DNA from: the human T2T-CHM13v2.0 reference genome, Homo sapiens
Assembly: GCF_009914755.1 (NCBI RefSeq)
Contig: NC_060935.1
Reading direction: 5' to 3' (one strand)
Length of the DNA stretch: 64,000 nt
The notes beneath the pieces are model-generated. The model was given only the letters and a program-made list of their open reading frames with translations. It searched no databases and had not been told where the DNA came from. Positions 13,419 through 43,949 of this stretch are shown piece by piece (the stretch's first letter is position 1; the number at the start of each line of letters is the position of its first letter). Made by a program: the position numbers and the translations under genes.

Positions 13419-14091
13419 TAATTTTTTTTTCATCTTTTACTTTTTAAGCTTTTTTGTTACAAACTAATACCCCAACACACACATTAGCCTAGCCCCACAC
13501 AAGGTTAGGATTATTAATAGCATTGTATTTTTCTCCTTCATGTCTTGCCCCACTGGAAGATCTTCAATGGCAATAATATACATGAAGCTGTCATCTCCTA
13601 TTATAACAATGCCTTCTTCTAGAATATCTCCTGAGTGACGCCCCCAAGCCTGTCTTACAGTTAACCTTTTTATATATAAGTAGAGGAAGTACAATCATCT
13701 AAAATAGCAATAAAAAGTATAATATAGTAAATACCTAAACCAATAACAGTCATTTATTATCATTATCAAGTATTATGTACATTTTATAATTATATGTGCT
13801 AGACTTACATGACTGGCAGTACAGTAGGTTTGTTTGCATCAACGTCACCACAAACACATGAGTAATGTACTCTGCCACCACTTTATGATGGCTATGATGT
13901 TACTAGATGAGAGGAACTTTTCAGCACCTTCATAATCTTATAAGACTACCATCATGTATTCAGTCTGTCTTTGACCAAAAGGTCATTATGCAGTGTATGA
14001 CTATAGTTCAAAATCACAATGACACAGTAAAGCTTTTGCCAACTAAGACACATTTCGCAAACTAGCTCTATAGTTGTTGGGCCCTGGTACC

Positions 14092-14542
14092 CGTGAAAAG
14101 AAAATATCTTGGGCCCCTAGAATCACTCAGGAAAACTCAAGCTGGGAACTGTATAGGGCAAACCTGCCTCCCATTCTATTCAAAGTCACTCCTCTGCTCA
14201 CTGATATAGATGCATATCTGATTTGCTTCCTTTGGAAAGGCTAATTGGAAACTCCAAAGATGTAGCCATTTGTGTATCACCTATCTGTGAACTGGAAGCT
14301 CCCTCCCCACTTCAAGTCTTCCTGTTTTTGCTTCAAGTTGTCCCCTCTTTCCAGACTGAACAAATGTGCTTCTTAATTGATGTCTCATGTATCCCTAAAT
14401 GTGTAAAACCAAGCTGTGCCCTGACCACCTTGGGCACATGTCATCAGGACTTCCTGAGGCTGTGTCACAGGCGCATCATCAACCTTGGCAAAATAAACTT
14501 TCTAAATTAACTGAGACCTGCCACAAATTTTCAGGATTCATA
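14092..14542 (+). mobile_element. ERV1 solo LTR (MER4A-like)
   Basis: gtgaaaagaaaatatcttgggcccc start; gaccaccttgggcacatgtcatcaggac; AATAAA near the 3' end. Confidence 0.75.
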
Positions 14543-15202
14543 GACCCCGAGAGGAAAATGTATCCTTAAGGACAGAGGGAGGACAGAGCTTGGAAACTAT
14601 TAATTCTTTTGGTCTCCCTCCAAAAGAGCCTGGATATTTTTCGAGTTATGTGTAATCCATGCTCGCCCCTGAGGCAGACCCACCCTCCTGAGGGACTTAA
14701 AGACAGGACCATTATGTGGTTCATGTTTCTTCAAAAAGGAAGTTTATCTGGTACCAAGTTTTTCTGAACTGCCAGAGGTAGTTGCAGTTGAGACCCCTCA
14801 CACACCCTTAAAAAGGCTCTGAAGTTACTGACACAAAAAAGACATCTGGCTACAAGAAGGGGCTTCTCCTGGATCTCCATCATCCATGTCAGTAGATACC
14901 TAATGAAGCTCTCCACTGAATCCCAGTCCCATGTCCTGCACCATAAATCACATCGTTTTCTTCTCAGATAGCCCATCCACCTCCCACCTTGGCCCAGAAC
15001 AAGAACCTGAGCTTATAAACTGAGACTACCCATGCCTGCTCCCTTAATGTGCAAATCAAAAAAATCAGAGATAGTTGTGAATCTTTAAACACCAGTTATA
15101 ACTGAATAATTCTTCAGACCAAAACTCAAATACAAAAAGACTAATAGCTAACATGCTGGTAATAAGCTAGTAGGACACTTTTAAATAAGTCTAGCCACTT
15201 AA

Positions 15203-17014
15203 AGAGGTTTGGGTGTAAGAGTATATCTGGTTATGGATTACTAAAGGACATTTGGTTATTGATTGTAGAAGCATAATCATTAACCCTGTTAGGTGTCATT
15301 TTGTGTACAGGAAAAGGCAAGGACTAGGATCATTTCTCTTTTAAGGAATGTGGTGACTTAGGTAAGAGACTTGGAGCCTGTTTTTGTTTCCAAAGCATCT
15401 TTTCGGAGAACTGCAGGTCATCACAGAGTCAGGGGCTTTGTGAAATTATGCTGGCAAACAGAAATGAGCAAATATGGCTTCTTACATTTGCTTCTTTGTC
15501 TCACAAGCTCCCCCTTTTGGTCACAAATCAATCACCTGGTTGTATTTATAAGACCAATGCTAATTATTCCACATAGTTAGGAAGGCTCTTTTCCAGGAAG
15601 GTTGATAGTCTTCAGTTGCGGTTATACGGAATGAACATTGAGCCCAGTGTGCATACTTGCCTATTTATTGAAAAACATGCTTCAGATCGCATCTTATCTT
15701 AATTAGCATAAGCCAGGTTTCCTGACGTTGCCTTCTCTTGCACCTAACACAACACCTCAATAGGATTATTATGAGGATACTACAGATAATATATAGCAGT
15801 ACATACTTAAGTGAGTTAAAGCATTAAAGTAAGTTAAAGATTGGGAGAAAAACATGATAATAATTTTTTAAAAACTGTAACATACACTTGTTTCTTTATT
15901 TATTTATTTAGAGACAGGGTCTCACTTTGTCACCCAGCCTAGAGTGCAGTGGCATGAACACGGCTCCCTGCAGCCTCAACCTCCCAGGCTCAAGGGATCC
16001 CCCCACCTCAGACTTATTATTTTTATTATAGATTCAGGGGGTAACTGTGGAGGTTTGTTACATGGATATATTGCTTAATGATGAGGTTTGTCCTTCAAGT
16101 ATACTCATCACCCAAATAACGAATATTGTGTCAAAGGTGGAATTTTTCAACCCTCATCTCCTTTGGTAAACTCCTCCCATCTAGGGAGTTACTTGGCAGT
16201 ACAGTTTCCATGTGTGTTATACATGCAGCCATTTCTTCCTAGTAACTTTCAACTAGGAAAATTTCCCTTCTGGAGAAACAAAATATCTCAAGGAAGAACT
16301 TACCTCTTTGTCAAGGAGTCAAAACAACTAGATGAATAAAACTCAGGACCAGAAACAAAGTAGGAGATCTGAGATTCAAGGGAGAGTCACCCAGTTGTCT
16401 CCAACCACGAAGAAGTTGGAGGGACTCAGAGGGCAGATGCTGGCCCCAAGGTGCTGGATCCCCACAATGTTCCAGACAACCCTGGGCAGTCCACTGTGAG
16501 TTCCTTCGTGGTTGTCAGGATTGTTCACTAAACAAAAAAGAAATCAAGCTTTTAAAGCATTAAAGTTAGTTTTATTCAGAAGTCTTACTGAGGGCTGTAG
16601 ACCAAAGGCTACAGTCCAGGTGCAGTTCTATCAGACTACTTTGATGCAGTATTTTAGTTCAAAGCTTATATACAGGTGGTAAAGATTCAGTACATGCAAA
16701 ATTACATCAAAGTTTGGGAGTAAGAGTACATCTGGTTATAGTTTACTAAAGTACATTTGGTTATAGATTGCACACACATAATCACTAATCCTGTCAGATG
16801 TTATGTGTAAGGAAAGGCAAGAATTAGAATTATGTATCTTTTAAGGGATGTACTGATTCAGTCCAGAGACGTGGGCGGCTGTGTGTTCTATCCTGTTTTG
16901 CCCTCCAAGCATGTTTCCAGAGAGCTGCATGTCATCACAGAGTCCTGGCTTTGTAAAATTATTCAAGCAGAAATGAGCACACATGGCTTCTTACATTTGC
17001 TACTTTGTCTCCCA
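15203..17014 (-). mobile_element. Internally deleted ERV1-class provirus: 5' LTR 16522-17014, PBS 16500-16517, PPT 15508-15518, truncated 3' LTR 15203-15505
   Basis: Two similar direct repeats ending ggcttcttacatttgc...tttgtctc(a/c)ca; minus-strand TGACAACCACGAAGGAAC just inside one LTR and AAAAGGGGGAG just before the other. Confidence 0.75.
15891..16011 (-). mobile_element. Partial Alu (old, monomer-length)
   Basis: gagacagggtctcactttgtcacccag...ggctcaagggatccccccacctcag. Confidence 0.85.
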
Positions 17015-19192
17015 GGAGTCACAGAGAACAGATCAAGTGACTACCTCATAGATCTAGATGTTTAAGTGCTTCAAGCCTGATTCAGTAGTTCCATCATTGT
17101 GTTGAGAATGATTTTAATAATAACCCATCAGTGTAACAATCCATGTAAGTTCAGTGGGCTGAGAACAGTGGACCCATTCCTATAAACCTCTCTGTTCACC
17201 ATACCAAATACTAGTAGCAAAGAAAAAAAGCTACCTGAGAATCAACCAATACTAGAGCAGAAGGACTTTCACATATAGTCTTTACCCATCCATGCAGCAT
17301 GAGACTGGCTTGCTGCTGCCACAACAGGTCTTCAAATCCTGAAAAAAGAAGGACACAAAGATGAGGACTGAAAAGAGCAACTAAAATGTACATGTGTAGT
17401 ACTCAGGACAAGTGATGAACACCACCATCCAAGATTCATTTGGTTCCACTCTTCTTTCTAGTTTTGCTGCCCATGAGCCCAAACATCATGCCACATTCCT
17501 CAAGTCTCCAAGGCTCATTGCTATCTTTTCAGGGAAGGGAAGGAACAAGGATGAGTGGGTTACCTCAATCAGCAAAGCCAGTTTTTCCAATAAGAATAGT
17601 AAGAGGCAGCCATTGCCAGATTTTTTCCATCTAGATCACTTCTGGTTGATGACAAAAGGCAGATCTCATTCTTTGTGAAAGGGGAAAACCTGAGGTGAAT
17701 ATCTATGTAAGGGTCAAGAAAGACCACCAGTCATGAGCCATTTATAGGTAAAACCTAGGTGCCTGATCTCTAAAACTTGCAGCTGAAGCCAAGAGGTTTC
17801 CAGGAGCCTTCTCATGTAAAGTTCATCAAGAATCAGTATAAAGAAGAAGAACCCCTATAGAGCTAATTTTGTTCTCTGGAATATAAGATTTGCCTGAAGA
17901 CATTAACAAGTTAGGGAAAGGACTGGTCCCAAAAGAAGTCAACACCAAGGAACTGCTAACCCAAGCAAAGTTCTGTTACCCTCAGAACCAGTTCAGAGAC
18001 ATAGCAGCACGGCACTAGGGTGACCTACCTCCTCTCAACAGCCTGAGCACCTCAAGTTCAAAGCAGAACATGGCCAAGGGTTAGTACTCAATGAAATTCA
18101 GAGAAGCTCATCCTTATTTGTATGTGCAGACTTACAATATACTACCTACTTGAGGGAAGAATATTTGAAAATAGATGAATATGTTGAATTTTTGCAGAGA
18201 CCCAAGAACTTGAGGCCAAATCTATTGGGGCTTGAAAAGAATCAGACATTTACAACATCCTAATGAAATCATTTGCCATACTCTAGGAGCATCCTCTAGG
18301 GAACCAACAGCAATTCCCTGGAATGATCCATTGTATCTTAGTTGGGGGAAAAACCCTTCCCAAAGACACAGAAAGTTTTATCAACTAGTGTAACTGCTTC
18401 CTGATCCCTGAAAACAGTCCTGAATATTTGTTGTCTGCCAGAGAAAGCTAAAGATATTCCTATGGACTATTCCTCAGGGAACAGAAGCCCACCACCTGAC
18501 CCCCACTTATTCCTATTGATAAAGAGAAGGATTGGGTTAGAGAAATTTTAGTATTTAGAGTAAGAATTTAGTATTTAGAGTAAGACACAGGTTCTAGTCT
18601 GAGATTGGGAAGTCCCTTTAGTATAACCTAGTGTTCTCCATCAGGCACATATCTCTCCCTGTAAACTGAGCATTTTTCTCCTCCAGAATAATGGGGCCTG
18701 AAAGCCCTAGTATATAGAAAGGGGCAGAAAACCTATAAATAGGGGGATTTAATGGGACTGCAAACAGTCCTTATGAGGGTATGTTGGGTGGGAAAGCTGT
18801 AGAAAGGTAGTGATTCCCTAACTGGGAAGGTGGGCCTTTCACCCCAGATGCCCTGTTAGTAAGTTCAGAAGCCTCCTAAAGAATTCCTTTCAGTATTCCT
18901 CAAGGAATGTTGACCTATTCTGGGATAAAGAGCCATAAACAGCGGGTCTTTTTAGAATCCAGAGTCTTTGAGGATTTGTTTGGATGCCGCTTTACCCAGT
19001 CTGATACCTCTCTCAAGGAGACTGGAAACTTATGACCAGAAATTGAGCCTCGCCAGCACCAGTCCTGTAATCCATATCCCCTTACATGAACCACGTAGGC
19101 TGCAGCACCAAGTACCTCTCTGGCTTCTTTTCTGCCCAGTGAGCTTGATCTCTCACAGATCCTCTTCCAATTTCCCATCTCAAATCTAATCC

Positions 19193-19421
19193 ACAATTCA
19201 GCAAACTTTTTATGTAAAGGACAAAATAGTAAGTATGTTCACCTTTGTAGACCGTACGGTCTCCGTGGGAACTTCTCAACTCTACCCTTATAGCATGAAA
19301 GAAGGCATAGACAATATTCAAATGAATGAGTATATCTGTGTCCCAATTATACTTTATTGGACAAAAAAAATCACAAATATGGGCCATATTTGGCCTGTGG
19401 GCCACAATTTACAAACTGCTG
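19193..19421. mobile_element. MER58A-like hAT DNA transposon fossil
   Basis: cagcaaacttttt...gtaaagg...catagacaata...ttggcctgtgggcc...tttacaaactgctg. Confidence 0.8.
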
Positions 19422-21289
19422 ATTTTAACCATTCTCACATCTGGACTCAAACCTGTCTGGGGAAATAAATACTAAGTCTAGTGTGGGCAGACCTGAATGG
19501 GCCCACATGGGAGAATCTAGAAGACTTCTGGGCCCAAGTTCTCAGGAAATAAAAAGAATGAAGGCAGATTATCAGAGAGTTGTCAACTTCTCTAGCAGCT
19601 GTCACAAGACTTATCTTCCAGCCAAGATGCTTGGGAATCTTAGAACAAGATTTTGTTCCCCCAATCTCAGACATCCTGCTGCCTTGTATATGAGCTCATT
19701 TCTGAGACCATGCAGTGAAAACAACTATCTAACTCATACCAATGGGTGGCCTAGTCAACCTGATAAGGTAACAATTCTTGAACTCTGACATATGGATGTC
19801 AGACAACATAGTGAAAATGTCATATTTGTTATCTCTCTTAGTTTGGATTTATCGAAAAGTAAACCCAAAAACAAGAATTTGAGTACAGGTAACTTACTTA
19901 GGTGCAAAAAGATTGATAATCCTTAGAAATGAGCTCTTAAATCATGCCATTAACTTATAAGATTATCTCCTGCATAGAGAGACGATAGTCTAGCAAATAG
20001 CAAGACAATTTCTTGTATATCGAGAAAGAACCAACCCTTGCAATTAACTTAAAATGAACTCCCAGGCCCACCTATACTAGTTGTCTAACTGCCTGGCCAC
20101 CCAGCTTTATTCATTCGAGGATTGACCACACAGCTCAGTTTTCCTCTCTATGTTAAGACCTTCCATCCCTCCAGGAGGTTTTGACACACAGACTCTGGTG
20201 CCTCAATTATCTGGCCTCCTCACTTCCCAAGACTAAATACTATCCCGTATTTTTCACTCACTCTCATGGCCACATTCTAGAGCTCACCACCTAGAGTCAC
20301 ATAGCTCTCTGAGCCCTGCATTCAGACAGTACCCCAACCCCAGCAGCCAGTCCTTCCCACTTGCTCAGGTGAAATGAGAGGCCACCATGGACCACAAGAG
20401 CCTTAGGCAGGGATTCCTTCCGGAGAATTCTCAGAGACAACAAAAACCCCTTCTGATCCATGGATTCATGTTTCTTCTTTGGATATTTCTTTTATCTTTG
20501 GATATTTCTTTGAAACTGACAATACAGGGAAAGAAATTTGTACAACTTGGGAAAAACCAAAGTTTTCATTATTGCGTTTGTTTCACTTTCAGAAGACTAA
20601 CATTGCTGAAATATAAAATGTCTTAGGCATTAGTGGAAAATGATACATCTTGTTTTATTCCCAGCTGCTTAATGCATTAAGTTCTTAAGCACCACGTAAC
20701 AAGTATCTGACTTCTTACACTCTACTCTTATAGAAAACAAAAAGCATGAATACATTCGATTTATAATACTCTGAACAATGAAATGAAAATAGCCTTTTAT
20801 ATGCTTTAATATTACCAACTTTTCTCGTTTCTATTTTTCAAAGCTTTTCTAGTCTTGTTTATTTGAATTGAAAGCACATGTCCTGTGAGCCTCTTATATA
20901 ATTTCTTGGATAGTGAGCAATAACTATGAGTCTGATGGCAAGCCTGGTTTAGGCTAATTTCAACAGACAATGAAGTTTTGGTTTTGTTTTCACAAAACCT
21001 AACTATCTATCTCCTACTATTTATTACACGTACCTAAACACCTAACTACCTATCTCCTGTTGTTACATCACCATACGGCCTTGCAAACTCTTTCTTTATA
21101 ACATCACTGAAAACCTATTTCAGAACTAACATAAGGATTCAGTTGTCGTTAACTTATAAGAACATTCACTGCATAATAGCACAATAGGGACCAGTGGTTA
21201 GAAGCAGCCAGAGCAGGGCCAGCCATATGGGGGCTGCCACACTGCCCCCCACACCTGACTGTGTCAGCACGGTAGATGGAGTTGAAAAG

Positions 21290-21480
21290 GTTGATGGGGT
21301 TCAAACTCCAGTTCACCCTCACATAAGTGAGATTGCCGTAGTTATAAATTGGATTCAGTTGTCTTCATCAGAAAAGTGAGAATAATACCTAACTCATAGG
21401 ATTTTCTAAGGACTAAATGAGATCCACGCATAATATTTAGCACAGTGTCAGGCACAGAATAAACACTAAATGCTAACTAT
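21290..21480. mobile_element. MIR fragment
   Basis: cagttgtcttcatcagaaaagtgagaataatacctaactcatagg...ttagcacagtg core. Confidence 0.65.
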
Positions 21481-22241
21481 GATAGAATATTCATAATCAT
21501 GTGTATGTGGCTATGTTATATAAAACTGGGATAAGCTGTTTTCTCCTGACTATTCCTCAGACCTAGACAAGTATGAAATGTACCCTTCAACAAGGTTGTA
21601 TCAATTTACATGACAATAAAAGTAGGAGTAAGCCCACTTCTTGGCTTCTGTACAAACACTGAGTGTTACCTCATGTAAAAGCTGACATTAGGTCTTAATT
21701 TTTATGATAACTCATGAGATAATTTTATGTATATTGACCATTTATATTATGGAGATTGCTTTTCATGTCATTTGCCTATCTTATAAGGATGTTCTTTTCT
21801 TATATTTTAGAGTGAATCATATATAAGAAATAGAATCTGTCATTTGTTCAAATACTTTTTCTAGTTTCTCCCTTGTCTCTAATTTTCCTTACAGTGTTTG
21901 GGGTATATGGAGCCTTCAAATATTCAAGTAATCAAATGAAATCTTTCTGCCTTGGAAATAAAAAGATTAACTCGTATGTTTGCCTAACATTAATTTTGTT
22001 TTTTAGTGTATTTAATCGATCTGTAATTAATTTCTATGCAATACAGCATTCCTTTTTATTTTCAAGTTTTTAACCATTTTCCCAATTACCATTTATCCAT
22101 TTTTCTCTTCTCCCACTAATATAAAACTCTACGTTTTCTATATTCTGCATAACGTATTTCTATCAAGTTATAGACATAGTCAAGTATTTTACTGACCTCT
22201 CTGTTTTCCTTATTACACACATTTTAATTTTGTAGTTTTAT

Positions 22242-22862
22242 TGTGGTAGGAAGAATTCTAAGATGGCCTCCAATATTTCTCACAGCTTACATGCACACAC
22301 CTTCTCCCAGTTATTCAGTTAAACACCAATCCATATACTGCCTTGGAGGGATATCCAAATGCAATTAAGTTTCCAAACCAGTTACCCTTAAGATAGGATT
22401 ATGCAGGTGACTTGACCTAACCACATGAGCCCTTTAAAAGCAGCTAGTTTTCTCTGGCTGGTCTGGCTGGCAGCAGAGGTAATAGATAGAGAGATGTGTT
22501 CTGGTTGACCTGGAAGAAAGCAAATATTCATCCTGTAAATTGGAGATCCCATGTTAAGGAACAGCAGGCCAACTCTAGAAGCTGAAAGCAGTCCCACCCA
22601 CAGCTAGAGAGACAACAAGGTCCTGAATCTTATAACCACAAGGAAATGAGTTCTGCCAATAAATGAGCAGGGAAGGGGACCCCGAACCAAGATGAGAACT
22701 CAACCTGGATGACACCTTGATTTAGCCCCATCATTCTCTGAGCAGAGAACGCACACAACCTTTGCCAGACTTCTGAGTTTCAAAACTGTAAGCTAATAGT
22801 TGAGAGTCCTTTTAAGCCACTAAATTTGTGGTAATCTGTCACGCAGCAATAAAAAACTAATA
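22242..22862 (+). mobile_element. MaLR solo LTR (MLT1E/F-like)
   Basis: tgtggtagg...aattctaagatggcc start; ttttaagccactaaatttgtggtaat...gcagcaataaaaaactaata end. Confidence 0.8.
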
Positions 22863-23214
22863 TGTTTGTAGTATACTTTCACAACCAATATATCAGAACT
22901 CCATCAATTCCTATTCCATCATATTATTTGTTCTCGTTAATCACACTTACAGTACTTTAAATTTTCTCAAAATTAAAAAAAAAGTTCTATTGCTCTTTCA
23001 TGTTAAGTGTATGGATTACATTGGAGACAGATCTGAATAGTCCGGGAGGTTCATTGTCCCTTTTCTGTGGTGGCTAGACAGAAAGAGCAGCCTGGTGCCA
23101 GCCACTGCACTTCAGTGAGCTCCTCTTTCAAACCAGGCCACCCCCTCAACCACAAAGCCCATACTGTTACAAAATTGCCCTCCCAGAGCACACTGCTCAT
23201 TAAGATTAGTGGGA

Positions 23215-23577
23215 TCCATCAGTGATAAACTAGATAAAGAAAACGTGGTACATATACCTCATGGAATACTATGCAGTCATAAAAAAGAAAAAGATTGTGT
23301 CCTTTGCAGGGACAAACATGGAGCTGGAGGCCATTATCCTTAGCAAACTAATGCAGGAACAGAAAACCAAATACTCCATGTTCTCACTAACAAGTGGGAG
23401 CTAAATGATGAGAACACACTGACACATAGAGGGGAACAACACACCCTGGGGCCTATCAGAGGGTGAAAGGTGGGAGGAGGGAGAGAAGCAAGAAAAATAA
23501 CTAATGGATATCAGGCTTAATACCTGGGTGATTAAATAGTCTGTGCAACCAACCCTCATGAAACAAGCCAGTCATTT
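23215..23577 (+). mobile_element. L1PA/PB 3' fragment
   Basis: catggaatactatgcagtcataaaaaag...aacagaaaaccaaatac...tacctgggtgat. Confidence 0.9.
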
Positions 23578-23590
23578 ACACACACACACA

Positions 23591-23627
<37 letters not shown>
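23578..23627. repeat. (CA)n microsatellite, one TA interruption
   Basis: Direct reading. Confidence 0.97.
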
Positions 23628-23632
<5 letters not shown>

Positions 23633-24228
23633 AAACCTATGTCCTGTCTACCTAGGACATTGCTGGGGTGCATCAGCAAGATCCTAAGTAATACCCAAAT
23701 CGTCCTTACACATTGTTCCTGCATCTCCAAACCACCCTTGGTTCTCACACCCACTACTCAACTTCACACATCCAGGGCCCTTTGCATCAAGTCTTCTATT
23801 TGAAGACTATGATGTGTGTTGCTACTTCTAGTTGTTTATGTGTTTTCTGTCATGTTGTAGAAATATTTTTAAATAGGTCATTACTTGCCTTTAGCCTACC
23901 TCTGAGTACTATAGCTCTCAAAGCTATTATCAGTAAGTTAACTTTTTTTGTTTATACTTAATCTATGCTGGCGTAAAGAGAAGCTATTGGATCTATATAT
24001 TGCTGGGGGGTTTTCTTCCAACAGGACACAGAGTGTTTACTGACCATTAAAGTGTAAGTGAATGAAAGAATAAAGCATTTATATTTTTAAACAGGACCAG
24101 TTAGCCAGAGAAGTCTTCAGAATCTGAAAGAATGACTCTAAAAAGATGTCATTCAGACTATCAGCATGTGACTGCTACCTATTATGCCTACTTCCAAGGC
24201 ACATGTACATGCTACTGGGGAAGTAGAT

Positions 24229-24296
<68 letters not shown>

Positions 24297-24612
24297 GAAA
24301 GAGAAGAGAAGAGAAAGAGAGAGAGAGAAAAAAGAAGAAAAAGAAAGAAAGGAAGAAAGAGGAAGGAAGGAAGGGAGGGAGGGAAAGGAAAGAAAGGAAG
24401 GAAAGGAAAGAAAGAAAAAGAAAGAAAGAAGAAAGAAAGGAAAAGAAAGAGAAAGAAAGAAGAAAAAAGAAAGAAAGAAAAAAGAAAGGAAGAGAAAGAA
24501 AGAAAGAAAAAAGAGAAAGAAAGAAGAAAGAAAGAGAAAGAAAGAAAAAGAAAGAAAAAAGAAAGAAAGAAAGAAAGAGAAAGAAAGAAAAAGAAAGAAG
24601 GAAGGAAGGGAA
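24229..24612. repeat. 384-bp pure-purine tract beginning with (GAAA)16
   Basis: Only A and G on the + strand across the interval. Confidence 0.97.
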
Positions 24613-25810
24613 CGAAAGACAATTGCCCTTATCCCTTAACATCTCCTAAGAGTCAGGTCTGAGTATCTGAGGCTCAGGATTATGACCTGAAATATACCTT
24701 CTCATTTGCAATAGGGTTTGAGACCTCTTAATACTTTTAAAGCATCTCACAAGGCATCCTGGAAGTAATGTTGTCCATGGTTAGTCAATTATAAGTCAAA
24801 TATATCTTTCCACTCCAAAGCCCCCCAAAATTAAAATTTCTCACTGCTCTCTGGGTCCATCTTTCCATTCAGTATTCCATTGATTCCCATTCTGCTTTCA
24901 TCCTCAATTTTTCCATCATTTCCATAGGCTTTAGATGGGATAAAAATGTGAAGCCCCTATCTCTTGCAGTACCATAAGGGAGATTGCCTCTGTCCCAGCT
25001 CAGCAAAGATTTCAAGGCCCAGATTCAAAACAACAGATTGGCTTGCTAAGCAACAAAATTATTGCCTTGATTTGTAGGGGAATTTGCCTCGTGGTGCTCA
25101 TATCATTACCGATATAAAAGGCAGTTCTGTGCTTCTCCAACCTGGCACGCATCTGACTCCACTGCCAAGATACAACCTCAGCTGTGCCTCTGTGATATGC
25201 ATTGGAGACCATGGGAATCCATGTGCACCCTCCTGCAATCTTATCTCATGTAATCATCTCATGTAATCCTGTTCACGATGTATTCACTGCTTTCAGAGGA
25301 TATCAAAGTGAAAGCACCTTAAATGACGACCTTATTATCATTTTTGTCCATCCCTGAACCCAAATCAGATTCTGGTTCTATTCTGGGCTTAGCTATGTCA
25401 CCCTGACATCTATATCCTCAAACTTACTTTTATTCAATCCTCTTCCCACTTAATTTTTCAGCCACTTTTCCCCTCCCTTGAGTATTATATAACCCTAACT
25501 CTGGACAAAGTACCTTCTATTCAAAACTAATTCTTGATCATTTCCCTTGTCTCTCTTATCAGTAACTGACACTTGGCCCTGCATGTTCCCTGCTGTCCTC
25601 TCCTAAGGAATCCTTACCATCCAATTCCCTCCACCTTTGTAGAAAAAGTAGAGGGGACCAGCTTATTCCTAGAGTATATCTAGAATTGATTCATCACTGT
25701 TTTATCGACCATCCTTCATGTAAACTACAAACCATTCCTACTGGTTCAAAAAGAGTTCAGATAAAGACGTATTTTAGAATGCAGCTGATCAGGATATAAA
25801 AGTACATATA

Positions 25811-25816
25811 TTTATT
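25811..25816 (-). terminator. Candidate distal polyadenylation signal (AATAAA) of ANGPTL5
   Basis: tttatt on + strand about 580 nt beyond the stop, followed on the minus strand by T-rich sequence. Confidence 0.6.
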
Positions 25817-25974
25817 ACAAACAATAACAAAATAGTTAACCATGATTAGATATGAAAACAAGAAAAACTATTTGGGCAGCAAACTCTTACTACTTTTAAA
25901 ATGGTATGGCATCACCTAGAAATAGTAAGGTTTTTACATCATGTGTAGCTTATATATTAATCTGCATAAAGTTA

Positions 25975-25980
25975 TTTATT
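25975..25980 (-). terminator. Candidate proximal polyadenylation signal (AATAAA) of ANGPTL5
   Basis: tttatt on + strand about 415 nt beyond the stop. Confidence 0.4.
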
Positions 25981-26393
25981 GTAACTGTCTTCAGTAGAAA
26001 TTATCTGTAGATTATATAATCATATAAAGTATAAAAATAAGTAAAATATTCCCTTCAATTTTCCTTACAACATATTATGGTTTAAAAATGCTTCAAAGAA
26101 AAGGCAAAATCCTTTAAAATCACTATAAATTTTAGGAAGACAAGTTGTAGTTCACTTGAAACAAATTTCATTGTATATTGTTAATATAGTCAGAAGTAAA
26201 AACATACAATAAGCCATGTTTTCTTTTATAGAATACTACAAAATTGAAGTTTTCTAATTAAACTCATAACATCTAAATGCCATCTACAGTTAAATTTTGC
26301 CTAATATGTTTGAAACACTAAGTGAAAAGATAAACTTTTAAAAATCTTTAATATATTATCATTGTAGAACTTGCATTACAATGTTAAATGAGA

Positions 26394-43061
<16,668 letters not shown>

Positions 43062-43611
43062 TCAGTCAGCTCTTTGTGGAAAGAACTACAGAGCGTAGAG
43101 TCTTCAGTTAAAAACCTCTGGAAAGCGTACAACAAAAACATAAGCCAAAACTTACTAGTTTCCATGCCCTGGTTTGAAACAACACCCTTCATATGAAAAA
43201 CAAAGTAGCCTCTGGAGATCCTGACATTTTAAATTGTACAATTCCTTTTTTATCACTTCATGTCTGTATTATAAATCCAAGCTTTTGCAATATAGGCAAC
43301 AAATAGATAAATAAGTAAATAAATAAATAAATGACAGATGTAGACAGATAAATAAAGCATGAATTTATAAATTCATCTAATTTTTGTGAGTCAGCCTTTT
43401 CTTGCCTTGGGAAAAAAAATGGCTTTGATAAGCTGTACATCAATAATTGCAAACTGCTTGCAAAAAAATAGGAAGTAGAAATGACTGATGGAGTGGGAAA
43501 AATATTACCTTGGAACTATTTCTATAAAATGCTAAGTAGAAATTTGATCGAGGTGGACATCCAGAGCAGATAATTCAGACTTAAAATATACTTTTAAAAT
43601 GCCAAATCTCA

Positions 43612-43949
<338 letters not shown>

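Noticed and set aside
24175-24642. Three 136-155 aa ORFs rich in K/E/R or F/S/L
   Set aside because: Artefacts of a stop-free purine tract.
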